Notes: generated by a model not told the origin, from the sequence alone. A stretch of 64,000 bases of DNA from Candidatus Moranbacteria bacterium GW2011_GWC2_40_12 (GCA_000995965.1 LBYD01000002.1:199889-263888), one strand, 5' to 3'. Counted from the stretch's first letter, positions 1 to 10,453 are shown. Numbers and translations: made by a program.

Positions 1-1347
1 GCAGAATTTTTTGATATGCAGGTTTTGCATTTCCGAATTGGTAATGATTCCATCAATATTTTGAAATCTTTCGCGCTGTTTTTTGCGGGCCGTTGTCACC
101 CGTTTGCGAACGGAAGCGCTCTCTTCGCCTACTTTCGTCTCGGCCAGTTTTTCAAATCTCATCCGCGGGACCTCGGCGTGGATATCAATCCGATCGAGAA
201 TAGGGCCGGAAATTTTGCGCTGATATTTCACTATTCCCGCCGGTGTGCAAGAGCAAAGTTTTTCCGGGTCAGTCGCATTGCCGCAGGGGCACGGGTTCAT
301 AGCGGCTATTAGCGTGAAGCGGGCTGGGAAAGAAAGCGTCGCCTGGGCGCGTGAGACGGAAATCATCCCGTCTTCGAGAGGTTGGCGCAAATTCTCGAGA
401 ACGTTTCGGGAAAATTCGGGAAACTCGTCGAGAAAAAGAACACCCCGATGAGACAAGCTGATCTCCCCGGGACGCGGAAATGTGCCTCCGCCGACAAGAG
501 AGACCGCCGAGGCGCTGTGATGAGGCGCGCGATAGGGCCGCTCGGAAATGAGCGATATCCCCCGAGAAAGTTTTCCGGCAATGGAGAATATTTTTGTGAT
601 TTCCAGAGCTTCAGGGAATGTAAGCGGCGGCATGATGGAAGGGAAGGTCCGGGCGAGAAGTGTCTTCCCTGATCCTGGCGGGCCGGAAAGAAGCACATTG
701 TGTCCGCCGGCCGCCGCCACCTCAAGGGCGCGTTTTGCGTATTCCTGGCCCTTGATATAAGCCATATCGGCGACATATTTTTGGGGTTCGAAAACTTTGG
801 AAAGGTCTTGGGGCGGTTCCGGGTCTATTTTTTTCTCTCCGGTGAGATGAAAGATCAGCTCTTTCAAATTGCTGGCCGGAATCACAGCAAGTCCCTCGAC
901 AATCGCCGCCTCCTTCGCATTTTTTTCCGGAACAATTATTTCGGTGACATTTTTTTCTTTGGCCATAATGGCGATTGGAAGGACTCCGTTTACTGGGCGA
1001 ATGGCGCCATTCAAAGAAAGTTCGCCGATAAAGAGCCGGTTTCCGATTTCAGCCCGAAGCTGTTTGGTGGCAAGAATAAATCCAAGGGCAATTGGAAGAT
1101 CATAGAGCGGACCCTCCTTTTTTATGTCGGCGGGAGCGAGATTCACAGTGATATGGCCGCAGCGGTGCGGCGGCCGGAAGCCGGAATTTTTGACAGCCGA
1201 ATCAACCCGGTCGCGTGATTCTTTCACGGCCGCATCAGGAAGCCCGACAATGGAAAAAATATGCGCTCCGGAATGAGTGTCAGCTTCAACCTCGACCAAG
1301 TGGCTCGTGAGTCCGAGAGTGGCGGCAGAGAGGACTTTGGAAGACAT
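1..1347 (-). CDS. comM: YifB/ComM family Mg-chelatase-like AAA+ ATPase (3' end runs off the window)
   Basis: Missing from the ORF track (no stop inside the window). Manual translation from ATG 1347: MSSKVLSAATLGLTSHLVEVEAD...FSIVGLPDAAVKESRDRV...ITVNLAPADIKKEGPLYDLPIALG, the typical ComM N-terminus. Confidence 0.93.
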   Translation of the reverse strand, partial: MSSKVLSAATLGLTSHLVEVEADTHSGAHIFSIVGLPDAAVKESRDRVDSAVKNSGFRPPHRCGHITVNLAPADIKKEGPLYDLPIALGFILATKQLRAEIGNRLFIGELSLNGAIRPVNGVLPIAIMAKEKNVTEIIVPEKNAKEAAIVEGLAVIPASNLKELIFHLTGEKKIDPEPPQDLSKVFEPQKYVADMAYIKGQEYAKRALEVAAAGGHNVLLSGPPGSGKTLLARTFPSIMPPLTFPEALEITKIFSIAGKLSRGISLISERPYRAPHHSASAVSLVGGGTFPRPGEISLSHRGVLFLDEFPEFSRNVLENLRQPLEDGMISVSRAQATLSFPARFTLIAAMNPCPCGNATDPEKLCSCTPAGIVKYQRKISGPILDRIDIHAEVPRMRFEKLAETKVGEESASVRKRVTTARKKQRERFQNIDGIITNSEMQNLHIKKFC

Positions 1348-1383
1348 AAAAATAATTCAAAATTCAAAAATAAAAATGCAAAG

Positions 1384-1785
1384 TTATGGATTCGCTTCGC
1401 GACATTTACTTTTTATTGTATTTAATATCAGCATTGCCACTCCAATTGTAATATATATGTCAGCAAGATTGAATACGGGCCAGAAGTTTATATCTATAAA
1501 ATCGACCACACAGCCGCGAGCTATGCGGTCAATCATGTTTGAAATTGCGCCGGCAAGGATCAGAATGAAGGCTGTTTTATCAAAATATTTTCTACTTTTA
1601 AAAAATAAGAATGCCAGACAAACGATAATAATTATCCAGAAAAAATAAAAAAAACCCGGAGCAAGCGGGATGCTCCAGGCAAGGTTTTTGTTGCAGACTG
1701 AATTTTCTGAAAATAAAAATTTGAGAAATTGGTCCGACGCGATAAGCAGGATAAAAATAAAAAAAAGCTGAATACGATTTTTCAT
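1384..1785 (-). CDS. lspA: Lipoprotein signal peptidase II
   Basis: DQFLK, GAISNMIDR, VVDFI and FNLAD motifs. Confidence 0.92.
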   Translation of the reverse strand: MKNRIQLFFIFILLIASDQFLKFLFSENSVCNKNLAWSIPLAPGFFYFFWIIIIVCLAFLFFKSRKYFDKTAFILILAGAISNMIDRIARGCVVDFIDINFWPVFNLADIYITIGVAMLILNTIKSKCREANP

Positions 1786-1797
1786 TTTACTTTTTTC

Positions 1798-2154
1798 TTA
1801 TTTCTGACAGCCAAGGCAAGTATCAGCCTGGGGATAAGCCCGCAGTCTTTCAACCGGAATTTCCTGTTGGCAGTTTGAACATTTTCCATAAGTTCCTTTT
1901 TCCATTCGCAAAAGAGCCGCGTCTATTTTTTCAAGCTCTTTTTTCATTGATTCATCAACGGCCAGGTTGCTTTCATACATTTCCATCTCATCGGCGTTCT
2001 CTTCCTGGTCCCTTTCAATTTCAGGAAAAGATGTTTCATATTCGCGGTCAGTCCCTTTTTTGCCTGTTTCAGTTTTGGAAATATTTTCTTCGATTCGCTT
2101 TTTTTCTTCGAGAAGTTTTTGCTTGAGTTCTTCCTGTGTCTTTGAGTCGAGCAT
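1798..2154 (-). CDS. TraR/DksA C4-type zinc finger protein
   Basis: Coiled coil followed by ALLRMEKGTYGKCSNC...ERLRAYPQADTCLGC. Confidence 0.9.
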   Translation of the reverse strand: MLDSKTQEELKQKLLEEKKRIEENISKTETGKKGTDREYETSFPEIERDQEENADEMEMYESNLAVDESMKKELEKIDAALLRMEKGTYGKCSNCQQEIPVERLRAYPQADTCLGCQK

Positions 2155-2279
2155 ATGATTTCTTTACGAATTACGAATCTGCTTCGCTCTACGAATATAC
2201 GGATTACGAATATTTTTTGAATTATTATATTCGTAGGAGATCCGTAATCCGCAAAAGTTAGCTGCATTGAAAGTATAAC

Positions 2280-2669
2280 CTAGTAATATATATATTTCAA
2301 ATGCCGCAGTTTTGCTTTTCTTGAGCCCATATCCATTTCAATCGCTATTGCGTCAAGACGGTGCGGAGCATCATCGAGGTTATTTTGCCGCAAATACCGC
2401 CCGATAATGCGCGTGAGTTTTTTGTATTTCGCCCGAGTAATGGCGAGCTCGGGATTTTCCGCTCCCCAGCTTCCCTTTTTGCGCGCCTTCACTTCAACGA
2501 AAGCAAGCTCGCCCGTTTCATTTTCCCGGGCAATGATATCAATCTCGCCAACCCGATAGCCGAGGTTGTTTTGGAAATTCGTTTCCAGAATTTCGTATCC
2601 GTTTTTTTCGAGATAATCGGCGGCGATTGTTTCGCCCTGTTTGCCAATTGTCTTGATGTTCAGATCCAT
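2280..2669 (-). CDS. yraN: YraN family (UPF0102) PD-(D/E)XK nuclease
   Basis: GKQGETIAADYL, GEIDIIA, AFVEVKAR and RLDAIAI motifs; lies near comM. Confidence 0.92.
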   Translation of the reverse strand: MDLNIKTIGKQGETIAADYLEKNGYEILETNFQNNLGYRVGEIDIIARENETGELAFVEVKARKKGSWGAENPELAITRAKYKKLTRIIGRYLRQNNLDDAPHRLDAIAIEMDMGSRKAKLRHLKYIYY

Positions 2670-3146
2670 GCATCAAGTATAACTTTTTTGGCTCGGCGAT
2701 CCAAGCGGATACTGATTGTCCCGGTTAATCAATAATTTTTAGCGTGGAACAAGGCAACAAAAAAACCGCCTATCAAAAGCCGATCTCTTCGCTACCCGTA
2801 TTTTCTAAATTGGTCAATCCGGCGGGCTCAAGCGCCCGCAAAAAATTATTTCAAGGCGGAGCCCGCCGGCGTTAGACATGTAACAACATGCCATAAGTAT
2901 CATTAGCCCGGGTGAAAGGCATTGTGATAACATTTTCAGCATGTAGTTTGACTACATGTCGTCTGTTATCATCAACTTTCCTACGGTTTTATAAGGAACC
3001 TATATTTTTATATTTATTTTATTCAACCCCGCACCGTTTTTCCGCAATGATTTTTTTGAGCAGGATATTTGCGAAGAAATGGCGCGGGGCAAGAATTTTT
3101 ATTTTTGTTTTTTACCCCTTCCGCGTTGGGAAGAAGAAATAGGAAA

Positions 3147-3199
3147 GCCAATGAGTTCCAATCGCAAATAGGGGGAAATTGCGATTGGAACTCATTGGC
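3147..3199. repeat. Perfect 21-bp inverted repeat with 11-nt loop
   Basis: gccaatgagttccaatcgcaa (3147-3167) / ttgcgattggaactcattggc (3179-3199). Confidence 0.9.
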
Positions 3200-3231
3200 C
3201 AAGAAATATTGTGTTTTCAAGCTACATATAC

Positions 3232-3260
3232 AGTATAGCAGATTTTTCGGAAAAGGTCAA
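3232..3260 (-). promoter_or_regulatory. Sigma70-type promoter, leftward
   Basis: Minus strand TTGACC-N17-TATACT with extended TGn. Confidence 0.6.
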
Positions 3261-3271
3261 ATATATAATTT

Positions 3272-3402
3272 AAAATGAAAAAATCAAAAGTCAAAATGAC
3301 AGTGCAAAATGTAAAATTAGTTGAAAGCCAAAATGATTTTAATATTTGCCCAGTTTAAACTTTACATTGTCATTTCTCATTTTGATTTTTGAACTTTGCA
3401 TT
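3272..3402. repeat. Inverted heptamer-array element, family A (about 130 bp)
   Basis: CAAAAT-type arm (aaatgacagtgcaaaatgtaaaatt) facing its approximate reverse complement; homologous to 25636-25769 and 53737-53863. Confidence 0.75.
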
Positions 3403-3406
3403 CCTG

Positions 3407-4585
3407 CTATTTTTCCGACATATAGTCCAGGATTGCCCGAATGGAATCCTTGGAAGTGGAAAAAATGAAGTAACTGTTTTCCTTGCTGGAAAGGACCGTG
3501 TAGTCCAGGGAGGTATTGGCGGGGCTCGGAAAATTATAATATCGGATATCGGCATTCAAATATTTGCTGGAGTTGAAGTTTATCTGGGTGTCAGCTGGCA
3601 GCCTGTCAAGATAGAAAGAGTTCAAAATCGAGAAAAGGTCCCCCTCCTCGCTTTTCAGAGACTCAGCCAAATTTTCCGATTGCGCCAGTTTGAAAGCGGC
3701 ACCCAGTCGCGGCTCGCCGTTTTCATTAGAAACAAACAGGCTGTAGTCGCCTGTCAATTTTTCAGAAACGCTTGCCGGGAAAACGAAATCAAAAAATCCG
3801 GAAAAAACCTGGGGAGTGACCGGCTGGTCATCCTTTGAAACTAATTTCACCTCTGTTGCTTTTCCCTGAGAAACCGATCCGGCGAGGCTCTTTGCATATC
3901 TTTCGATGGCCAACTTATTGGCGATTTTGTCAGCTTCCAAGTCAAGAGCCCATTGTTTCAGATTGTTTTGGGCGGTATTTGTTGCTGATGCAGATGTTTT
4001 TTCGCTTTGGGAAGTTGTCGCGGGAGCTGTTGGTGCGGCCAATGGGCTGTCTGTTGCGGCGGATCTCATGAAAAACCACCAATAGCAAGCTCCGCCTCCT
4101 AAAATAACAAGGATTAGTAAGGATGAAAGGATTATACCAAGCTTGCTTGAAGATTTCGCAGGTGATTTTGCGGATTCTTTTTTCGGAACTCCCGCTTTTT
4201 CATCGAACGGCGAACGGGTTTGAAAAAAAGTATCTGAACCGAACGGATTGGGCATATCGCTTTTTTTTTCGCTCCTCGCCGCTGTTTCGGCCGATTCTTC
4301 CTTCTTCGCAGGGTTAGAATTGGGAAGAGGAACCATTTTTTCAGGTACCGGCGATTGGACCTCAAATTGCGGCCGGCCGGCCGGTTGGATTTCATCGGAA
4401 TGTGCCGGCATCGTCGGTTGGGAAAGCGGCTCCATTGGTGATTCTTTTTTCGCTGATTTTAGGTTCGCAAGGTCATCCTTGAGAGTGCGGATTTTGCCGT
4501 AGTTGTTCGGAAGAACTGTGCTTGTGAGATTGGCCGGGTTAGTCTCATTTAGGGGATGTTTCATTTGGAACATTTGTTTTTGCAA
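3407..4585 (-). CDS. Hypothetical single-pass membrane protein (start uncertain)
   Basis: 392-aa ORF with IRTLKDDL motif, Pro-rich linker, TM helix (LGIILSSLLILVILGGGACYWWFF) and an extracellular domain. Confidence 0.8.
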   Translation of the reverse strand: MQKQMFQMKHPLNETNPANLTSTVLPNNYGKIRTLKDDLANLKSAKKESPMEPLSQPTMPAHSDEIQPAGRPQFEVQSPVPEKMVPLPNSNPAKKEESAETAARSEKKSDMPNPFGSDTFFQTRSPFDEKAGVPKKESAKSPAKSSSKLGIILSSLLILVILGGGACYWWFFMRSAATDSPLAAPTAPATTSQSEKTSASATNTAQNNLKQWALDLEADKIANKLAIERYAKSLAGSVSQGKATEVKLVSKDDQPVTPQVFSGFFDFVFPASVSEKLTGDYSLFVSNENGEPRLGAAFKLAQSENLAESLKSEEGDLFSILNSFYLDRLPADTQINFNSSKYLNADIRYYNFPSPANTSLDYTVLSSKENSYFIFSTSKDSIRAILDYMSEK

Positions 4586-4704
4586 ACGGGCTATGGCTCA
4601 TTTTGATTATACGAATTGCGAATGATGTTTTCCGCGCATTCGAATAAGCGCCTAATTCGTAAAGAGTTTTTAGCCCGTATTTTTTTGTTTTAAATAATGC
4701 AATA

Positions 4705-6813
4705 TTATTTTACACTATTTTCCAAACCTCGCATAGTAAGGTTGATTCTTCCGAGATTGTCTATTTCTTTTACTTTTACCGTGACCATTTGTCCGATCTT
4801 CAGCGCATCTTCGACTCGTTCGGTTCTTTTTTCGGAAATTTCAGAAATATGAACCATGCCTTCTTGTCCGGGGAGAATTTCGGCAAAAGCCCCAAAATTC
4901 ATTATACGCGTGATGCGACCCTGGAAAACTTCTCCGGGAACAACTTCATGCGTGAGATTTTTCACCCATTCGAGAGCTTTCGCGCCTGCCTCAGGATTAT
5001 CGGCAGTGATGAAAACCAAGCCATCGTCCTCAATATCAATTTCCACTCCGGTTTCATCAATAATCTGGTTGATGATTTTTCCTCCGGGGCCGATAACATC
5101 GCGAATTTTTTCCGGATTGATTTTAAGGGTGATAATGCGGGGTGCGTAGGCGGAAAGATCGGAACGAGGCGCGCCCAAAGTTTGGCTCATCACGTCGATG
5201 ATTTCAATCCGATTTTTCCTTGATTGTTCAAGAGTATCGCGGATCATTTCGGCTGTGAGTCCGTCGGTTTTCACATCAAGCTGGATCGCGGTGATTCCCT
5301 TTGTTGATCCTGCAATCTTGAAATCCATTCCGCCAAAATGATCTTCGGGTCCTTGAATATCTGTAAGGAGTTTGTATTTCCCGTCTTCGCCGATAACAAT
5401 TCCGACCGAAACGCCGCCGACCACTGATTTTATTGGAACGCCGGCATCAAGCAGAGCAAGGTTTGACCCGCAAGTGCTGGCCATTGAAGAAGAACCGTTT
5501 GAGGACAGTATTTCGCTTACCAGACGAATTGTATAAGGAAATGATTCTTTGTCCGGTATGACTGGCAGAAGGGCTTTTTCAGCCAAGGCTCCGTGTCCGA
5601 TTTCGCGCCGCCCCGGTCCGCGCATGGGACGGACTTCTCCGACTGAAAAGGGCGGGAAATTATAATGGTGCATAAAGCGTTTTTTTTCATCAAGCTCCAT
5701 GGTGTCGATAATTTGTTCCATGCCCGGAGCGCCGAGGGTCACGGTTGTGAGGGCTTGTGTTTCGCCCCGGGTGAAAAGGGCGCTTCCATGGGTGCGGGGC
5801 AAGATTCCAACTTGGCAGGAAATAGGACGAACTTCATCCAGCTTCCTTCCATCCGGCCGTTCGTCTTTCCCTAAAATCGCTTCATTGAAAAGCCTTTGTG
5901 TTTCGATGTCAACCGCAACGAGTGCCAGCTCTTTCTTTTGCGCACAGTCTTCCGGATATTTTTCCTTCACATAATCTCCGATCTCGGAGAAAAGCTCATT
6001 TTGGAGTTTCGTTTGGATGAAATAATCTTTTTGGAAAAGAGCCGGCCTGATACGCGCGGAAAATTTCTCCACGATTTCGCGTGCGAAATTTTCTTCCGGC
6101 AAAAACAAAATAGCCTCGGCTTTTGGTTTTCCAATTTCCTTTTGGATATTTTTTATGAAGCTGACGATTTGGTTGATAGTTTTTTGTCCTTCGGACAAAG
6201 CTTCAAAAATTTTCGCTTCCTCGGCTTCTTTGGCGCCTGTTTCAATCATGTTTATTTTTCCTTCAATTCCGCAGGCGAAAATATCATAAAGGCTTTTTTC
6301 TTTTTCTCCATTCACAGGGTTGACGACGGGCTGGCCGTTTTTTTCTCCGATTCGGACCGCAGCAATGGGGCCGTCCCAGGGGATGTCGGAGACAGTAAGC
6401 GCTGTGGAAGCGGCAATGGCGCCAACAAGCGCCGGATCATTTTCCTGGTCAATGGAAAGAACGGTGATGATCACCTGGACTTCATTTCGCATCTGCTGGT
6501 TGAAAAGCGGCCGGAGCGTCCGGTCGATAAGGCGGCCGTTTAGCACCGCTTCATCTGTTGGGCGGCCTTCGCGCTTGATAAAGCGGCTGCCTTTGATTTT
6601 TCCCGAAGCGTAGAATTTTTCTTCGTAGTCAACCATAAGAGGAAAATAATTCATTCCCTCTCTTGCTCCCGGGCTCATTACGGCAGTGGCGAGAACCATA
6701 GTATCGCCATAACGGACAGTGACAGAAGCGTTCGCTTGCTGCGCAAAAAGACCGGATTCAACGATTAGTTTTCGTCCGGCAATTTCCGTCTCGAATTTTT
6801 TTACTTTCTCCAT
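4705..6813 (-). CDS. pnp: Polyribonucleotide nucleotidyltransferase (PNPase)
   Basis: RNase PH domains (FPLMVDYEE, RREIGHGALAE, SNGSSSMAS), KH and S1 domains; ATG 6813 preferred. Confidence 0.98.
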   Translation of the reverse strand: MEKVKKFETEIAGRKLIVESGLFAQQANASVTVRYGDTMVLATAVMSPGAREGMNYFPLMVDYEEKFYASGKIKGSRFIKREGRPTDEAVLNGRLIDRTLRPLFNQQMRNEVQVIITVLSIDQENDPALVGAIAASTALTVSDIPWDGPIAAVRIGEKNGQPVVNPVNGEKEKSLYDIFACGIEGKINMIETGAKEAEEAKIFEALSEGQKTINQIVSFIKNIQKEIGKPKAEAILFLPEENFAREIVEKFSARIRPALFQKDYFIQTKLQNELFSEIGDYVKEKYPEDCAQKKELALVAVDIETQRLFNEAILGKDERPDGRKLDEVRPISCQVGILPRTHGSALFTRGETQALTTVTLGAPGMEQIIDTMELDEKKRFMHHYNFPPFSVGEVRPMRGPGRREIGHGALAEKALLPVIPDKESFPYTIRLVSEILSSNGSSSMASTCGSNLALLDAGVPIKSVVGGVSVGIVIGEDGKYKLLTDIQGPEDHFGGMDFKIAGSTKGITAIQLDVKTDGLTAEMIRDTLEQSRKNRIEIIDVMSQTLGAPRSDLSAYAPRIITLKINPEKIRDVIGPGGKIINQIIDETGVEIDIEDDGLVFITADNPEAGAKALEWVKNLTHEVVPGEVFQGRITRIMNFGAFAEILPGQEGMVHISEISEKRTERVEDALKIGQMVTVKVKEIDNLGRINLTMRGLENSVK

Positions 6814-6923
6814 TTTGAAGATTCTTTCCAAACAGCGCTAATAGACGAATAACACACAGCTGACACCAAAATTCAGTATCAATTGTGTGCGATTGGTTAT
6901 TAGGGCTGATAGAAATTAATTAT

Positions 6924-7036
6924 TAGAATTGTGAATTCGGAATTTTGAATTGTGAATGGGAATCAAGAATAAAAATGCAGGATTCCATATTCAATATTCC
7001 TAATTCTATATTCTCAATTCTCAATTCCAAATTCTT
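6924..7036. repeat. Inverted heptamer-array element, family B (GAAT/ATTC)
   Basis: agaattgtgaattcggaattttgaattgtgaat ... attcctaattctatattctcaattctcaattccaaattc; similar to 38251-38372. Confidence 0.7.
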
Positions 7037-7041
7037 TGAGT

Positions 7042-7545
7042 TTATATCAGGAACTTTCTCTTGTTTTCGCTTAAATTGATGAAATCGTCCGCGACTTCGA
7101 TCAGTTTTCCTGAAGCCGATTCCTGAAAAGCGATCACTTCCACGCGGCAACCCATGGTATTTTGGAGATAATGAACCAGGGGAATATAATCCCCGTCGCC
7201 TGTCACCAAAACGATAACATCGAGATGCCCGGCAAGCTTGACAGCGTCAACTGTGATGCCCACATCCCAATCCCCTTTTTTGGCGCCACCGGGGAAAATT
7301 TGAAGATCTTTTGTGCGGACTTCATAGCCGGACTTTTGGAGGGCGTCAAAAAAATTCTTCTCGAGGCCCTCAATCGTCTTGATGCCGTAGGCGATGGCGC
7401 GGATAAGCTTTCTCCCGGAAGTGGCCGTTTTGAGCACTTCTTTGAAATCAACCTTTTTTTTATAAAGAACCTTGGCGGAATAATACATATTCTGAATGTC
7501 CACCAAAACTCCAACCCGTTGTTCTGAAAATTTTCCAGTTGCCAT
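7042..7545 (-). CDS. NYN domain (LabA/DUF88) protein
   Basis: VDIQN, KGDWDVGITVD and VTGDGDY motifs. Confidence 0.92.
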   Translation of the reverse strand: MATGKFSEQRVGVLVDIQNMYYSAKVLYKKKVDFKEVLKTATSGRKLIRAIAYGIKTIEGLEKNFFDALQKSGYEVRTKDLQIFPGGAKKGDWDVGITVDAVKLAGHLDVIVLVTGDGDYIPLVHYLQNTMGCRVEVIAFQESASGKLIEVADDFINLSENKRKFLI

Positions 7546-7578
7546 GATAATCTGTTTTAAATAAAAATAAACTTGTTG

Positions 7579-7848
7579 CTACTCCTTTAATCCCAAGGAG
7601 GCCACAATCTTTTTGAGTCTCTTCGGATCTTTTCCCTTCAGATAAGCTAGAAGCTTTTTTCGCTTGGAGACCATCTTCAAAAGACCCCTGCGGGAGTGGT
7701 TGTCCTTCTTATTTTTTTTGAGATGAGAGGTCAGGCTCTTTATTTTTTCCGTGAAAAGGGAAATCTGGACTTCCGGTGAGCCAGTATCTTTCTCATGTGT
7801 TTTCGAGGTTGCGATAACTTTCGTCTTTTTCTGCTTGGTCAAAGCCAT
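7579..7848 (-). CDS. rpsO: 30S ribosomal protein S15
   Basis: [28 protein letters not shown]. Confidence 0.98.
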   Translation of the reverse strand: MALTKQKKTKVIATSKTHEKDTGSPEVQISLFTEKIKSLTSHLKKNKKDNHSRRGLLKMVSKRKKLLAYLKGKDPKRLKKIVASLGLKE

Positions 7849-7979
7849 AAGTTTTCCAATTTAGATTATTATTTCTGAAAAAAATGCCTGAGTTAATAAT
7901 ACCACCAATAGTGTAATTTGACAACTTTTTGGGGCGATATTTATTAATTTCGGCAGATGTTCTATTATACACAAGGTAT

Positions 7980-8058
7980 CCCGGTAGTATAATAGTTTAC
8001 TTTCGGGTTTAGTCGTCTATCTGACAGAAACAAGCCAGTTAATCATTATACTACCGGG
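7980..8058. promoter_or_regulatory. 14-bp inverted repeat carrying TATAAT on each strand between divergent rpsO and pcrA
   Basis: cccggtagtataat (7980-7993) / attatactaccggg (8045-8058). Confidence 0.55.
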
Positions 8059-8059
8059 T

Positions 8060-10207
8060 ATGGAAATAATCAAGGGCCTCAACGAACAGCAAAGGGAAGC
8101 GGTGCTCTCGACGGAAGGGCCGGTTTTGGTCGTGGCGGGTGCGGGAAGCGGAAAAACGCGGCTGCTTGTCCACCGAATCGCCTATCTGATCAAGGAGAAA
8201 AAAGTCAGTCCGCGTCAAATACTCGCGGTTACTTTCACGAACAAAGCGGCCGAAGAAATGAAAGAACGGATAAAGAAATTGCTGGTCGGCGATTTCCGTT
8301 TTCAGCCCTGGATGGGAACTTTTCATCATATTTGCGTGCGGATTTTGAGGTCCGAAATCGACAAAATCGGATATAAAAAAAATTTTGTGATTTATGACGA
8401 CTCGGACCAGCGGGCGCTGGTGAAGAAAATAATGAAAGAAAACGAGATCAGCGCCGAGCAATTCAATCCCCGGGCGATGCTGGCGGTGATTTCGAAAGCC
8501 AAAGGAGAGCTTATGAAAGTCGAGGACTACATTTCCGGCGAGAGCTACTTTGAAAGGATTGTCGCTCGGGTTTATGGCGCTTACCAAAAAAATCTTCTCG
8601 AGAACAACGCCCTTGATTTTGACGATATTTTGCAAAAAACAGTCGAACTCTTTCAAAAATTCCCTGATATTCTTGAAAAATACCAGAATGTTTTCCGCTA
8701 TATTCTGGTTGACGAATACCAGGACACAAACCAGGCCCAGTATGTTTTGGTGAATCTTTTAGCCCAGCGCCACCGCAATCTTTGCGTCGTGGGGGATGAT
8801 TGGCAGTCCATATACGCTTTCCGGGGAGCGGATGTGCGCAATATTCTTGATTTTGAAAAAGACTATCCGGAAGCAAAAGTCGTGAAACTGGAGCGGAATT
8901 ATCGCTCCACGCAGAAAATTCTTGATGCCGCCTACGGCGTCATTTCGAAAAATATCCGCCGCAAAGACAAGAAACTGTGGACGGATAACATCGAAGGGCA
9001 CGACGTGGTTTTGTACAAAGCCTCCGATGAGCAGGATGAGGCTGGTTTCATCATTCGCGAAATTCAAAGAATCGTTGAAGAAGAAGGTTTGAGTCTCGAT
9101 GATTTTGTGGTTCTATACCGTACCAATGCCCAGTCGCGGGCTATCGAGGAAGCTTTTCTCGAGTCGGCCGTTCCGTATCGAGTGGTTGGCGGCGTGCGTT
9201 TTTATGAGCGGCGGGAGATCAAAGACTTTTTGGCGTATTTGCGGTTTATAAGCAATCCTACTGACGAAATCAGCCTTGGAAGAATCGTCAATCTTCCGCC
9301 GCGGGGGATTGGGAATATTACGCTGGGGAAGTGGATAAGATTCACTCGGGAAAACAATCTTGATTTTGTGGCTTCAGCAAAAAAAACGGGTGACATTTGC
9401 GGTCTCAATGGGGCGAAAATGGACGCAATTGCAAAATTCGGAGCACAAATTGAGCGGCTGAGGAGTGAAGCCGGACGCGCAACGATCATTGATCTTATGG
9501 ATTCGATTCTGACAGAAACGGGATATCAAAAATTGCTGCTCTCTGAGGGTGAAGTGGGGCAAATCCGGTTTGAAAACGTCCGGGAACTGTTCACGGTGGC
9601 GGAAAAATACAAAAAAGAGGAAGGCCTTGAGGGACTCAATATGTTTTTGGAGGAAGTGGCGCTGATGGCCTCGACGGATAATATTGATTCAAAATCAGGC
9701 CTGGTGCATCTGATGACGCTTCACAGCGCAAAGGGACTCGAATTCAACACGGTTTTTATTGCTGGCATGGAAGAGGGCTTGTTTCCGCACTCAAGAGCGC
9801 TTCTCGATGAAAGAGAGCTCGAAGAGGAAAGAAGGCTCGCTTATGTCGGCATCACGAGGGCCAAAAAAAGAATTTATCTTCTTTGGGCGACAACGAGGAA
9901 CATTTTCGGGTCAACAAGGGTGAATGTCGCCTCGCGTTTTTTGGATGATATCCCAGCTGAGCTAAAGGCCGACTTTGAGGAATTTCGCGCTTTCCCAAAA
10001 GTGCGAAAGGGAAAAGCCGGACTTTTTGAAGAAAAAAAGGAAAAAAGCTTAGCTTTGGAAAAATTCAAAGACGGAGAAAGAGTCAGGCACTCTATATTCG
10101 GAGAAGGCATTGTGATTTCCACAAAGGATGACATTGTCACAGTCGCTTTCATGAAAGAGGGACTCAAAAAAATTTCTGCCAAGTTCGGGAAATTGAAGAA
10201 AATATAA
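8060..10207 (+). CDS. pcrA: ATP-dependent DNA helicase PcrA/UvrD
   Basis: AGAGSGKT, VDEYQDTN, NYRST, TLHSAKGLEF, EEERRLAYVGITRA motifs and C-terminal Tudor-like domain. Confidence 0.97.
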   Translation: MEIIKGLNEQQREAVLSTEGPVLVVAGAGSGKTRLLVHRIAYLIKEKKVSPRQILAVTFTNKAAEEMKERIKKLLVGDFRFQPWMGTFHHICVRILRSEIDKIGYKKNFVIYDDSDQRALVKKIMKENEISAEQFNPRAMLAVISKAKGELMKVEDYISGESYFERIVARVYGAYQKNLLENNALDFDDILQKTVELFQKFPDILEKYQNVFRYILVDEYQDTNQAQYVLVNLLAQRHRNLCVVGDDWQSIYAFRGADVRNILDFEKDYPEAKVVKLERNYRSTQKILDAAYGVISKNIRRKDKKLWTDNIEGHDVVLYKASDEQDEAGFIIREIQRIVEEEGLSLDDFVVLYRTNAQSRAIEEAFLESAVPYRVVGGVRFYERREIKDFLAYLRFISNPTDEISLGRIVNLPPRGIGNITLGKWIRFTRENNLDFVASAKKTGDICGLNGAKMDAIAKFGAQIERLRSEAGRATIIDLMDSILTETGYQKLLLSEGEVGQIRFENVRELFTVAEKYKKEEGLEGLNMFLEEVALMASTDNIDSKSGLVHLMTLHSAKGLEFNTVFIAGMEEGLFPHSRALLDERELEEERRLAYVGITRAKKRIYLLWATTRNIFGSTRVNVASRFLDDIPAELKADFEEFRAFPKVRKGKAGLFEEKKEKSLALEKFKDGERVRHSIFGEGIVISTKDDIVTVAFMKEGLKKISAKFGKLKKI

Positions 10208-10453
10208 ACTATTTTTACTTTAAATAAGGCAAATTATTGGATTCGGAGATTCAAAAACTGGACAAAATTATAGAAATATGCTAACATAATCCGTTGGTTC
10301 TTTGTCATCCATGTTTGTGATAAGACGGGCATTTTGCGCGTTATTTTGGCTCTTAAAACGCTTGCCTCATAGAAGGGGCAAGTCTGTATCTGGCGGAACC
10401 AGAAGAATGGCGAACCCCATTAGGGAGAGCCTAAAAACCAAAGGAGGTCCGAT

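Noticed and set aside
16-1218. Several plus-strand ORFs (16-312, 382-672, 700-1218 and others)
   Set aside because: Antisense shadows of comM, which the ORF track missed because its stop lies outside the window.
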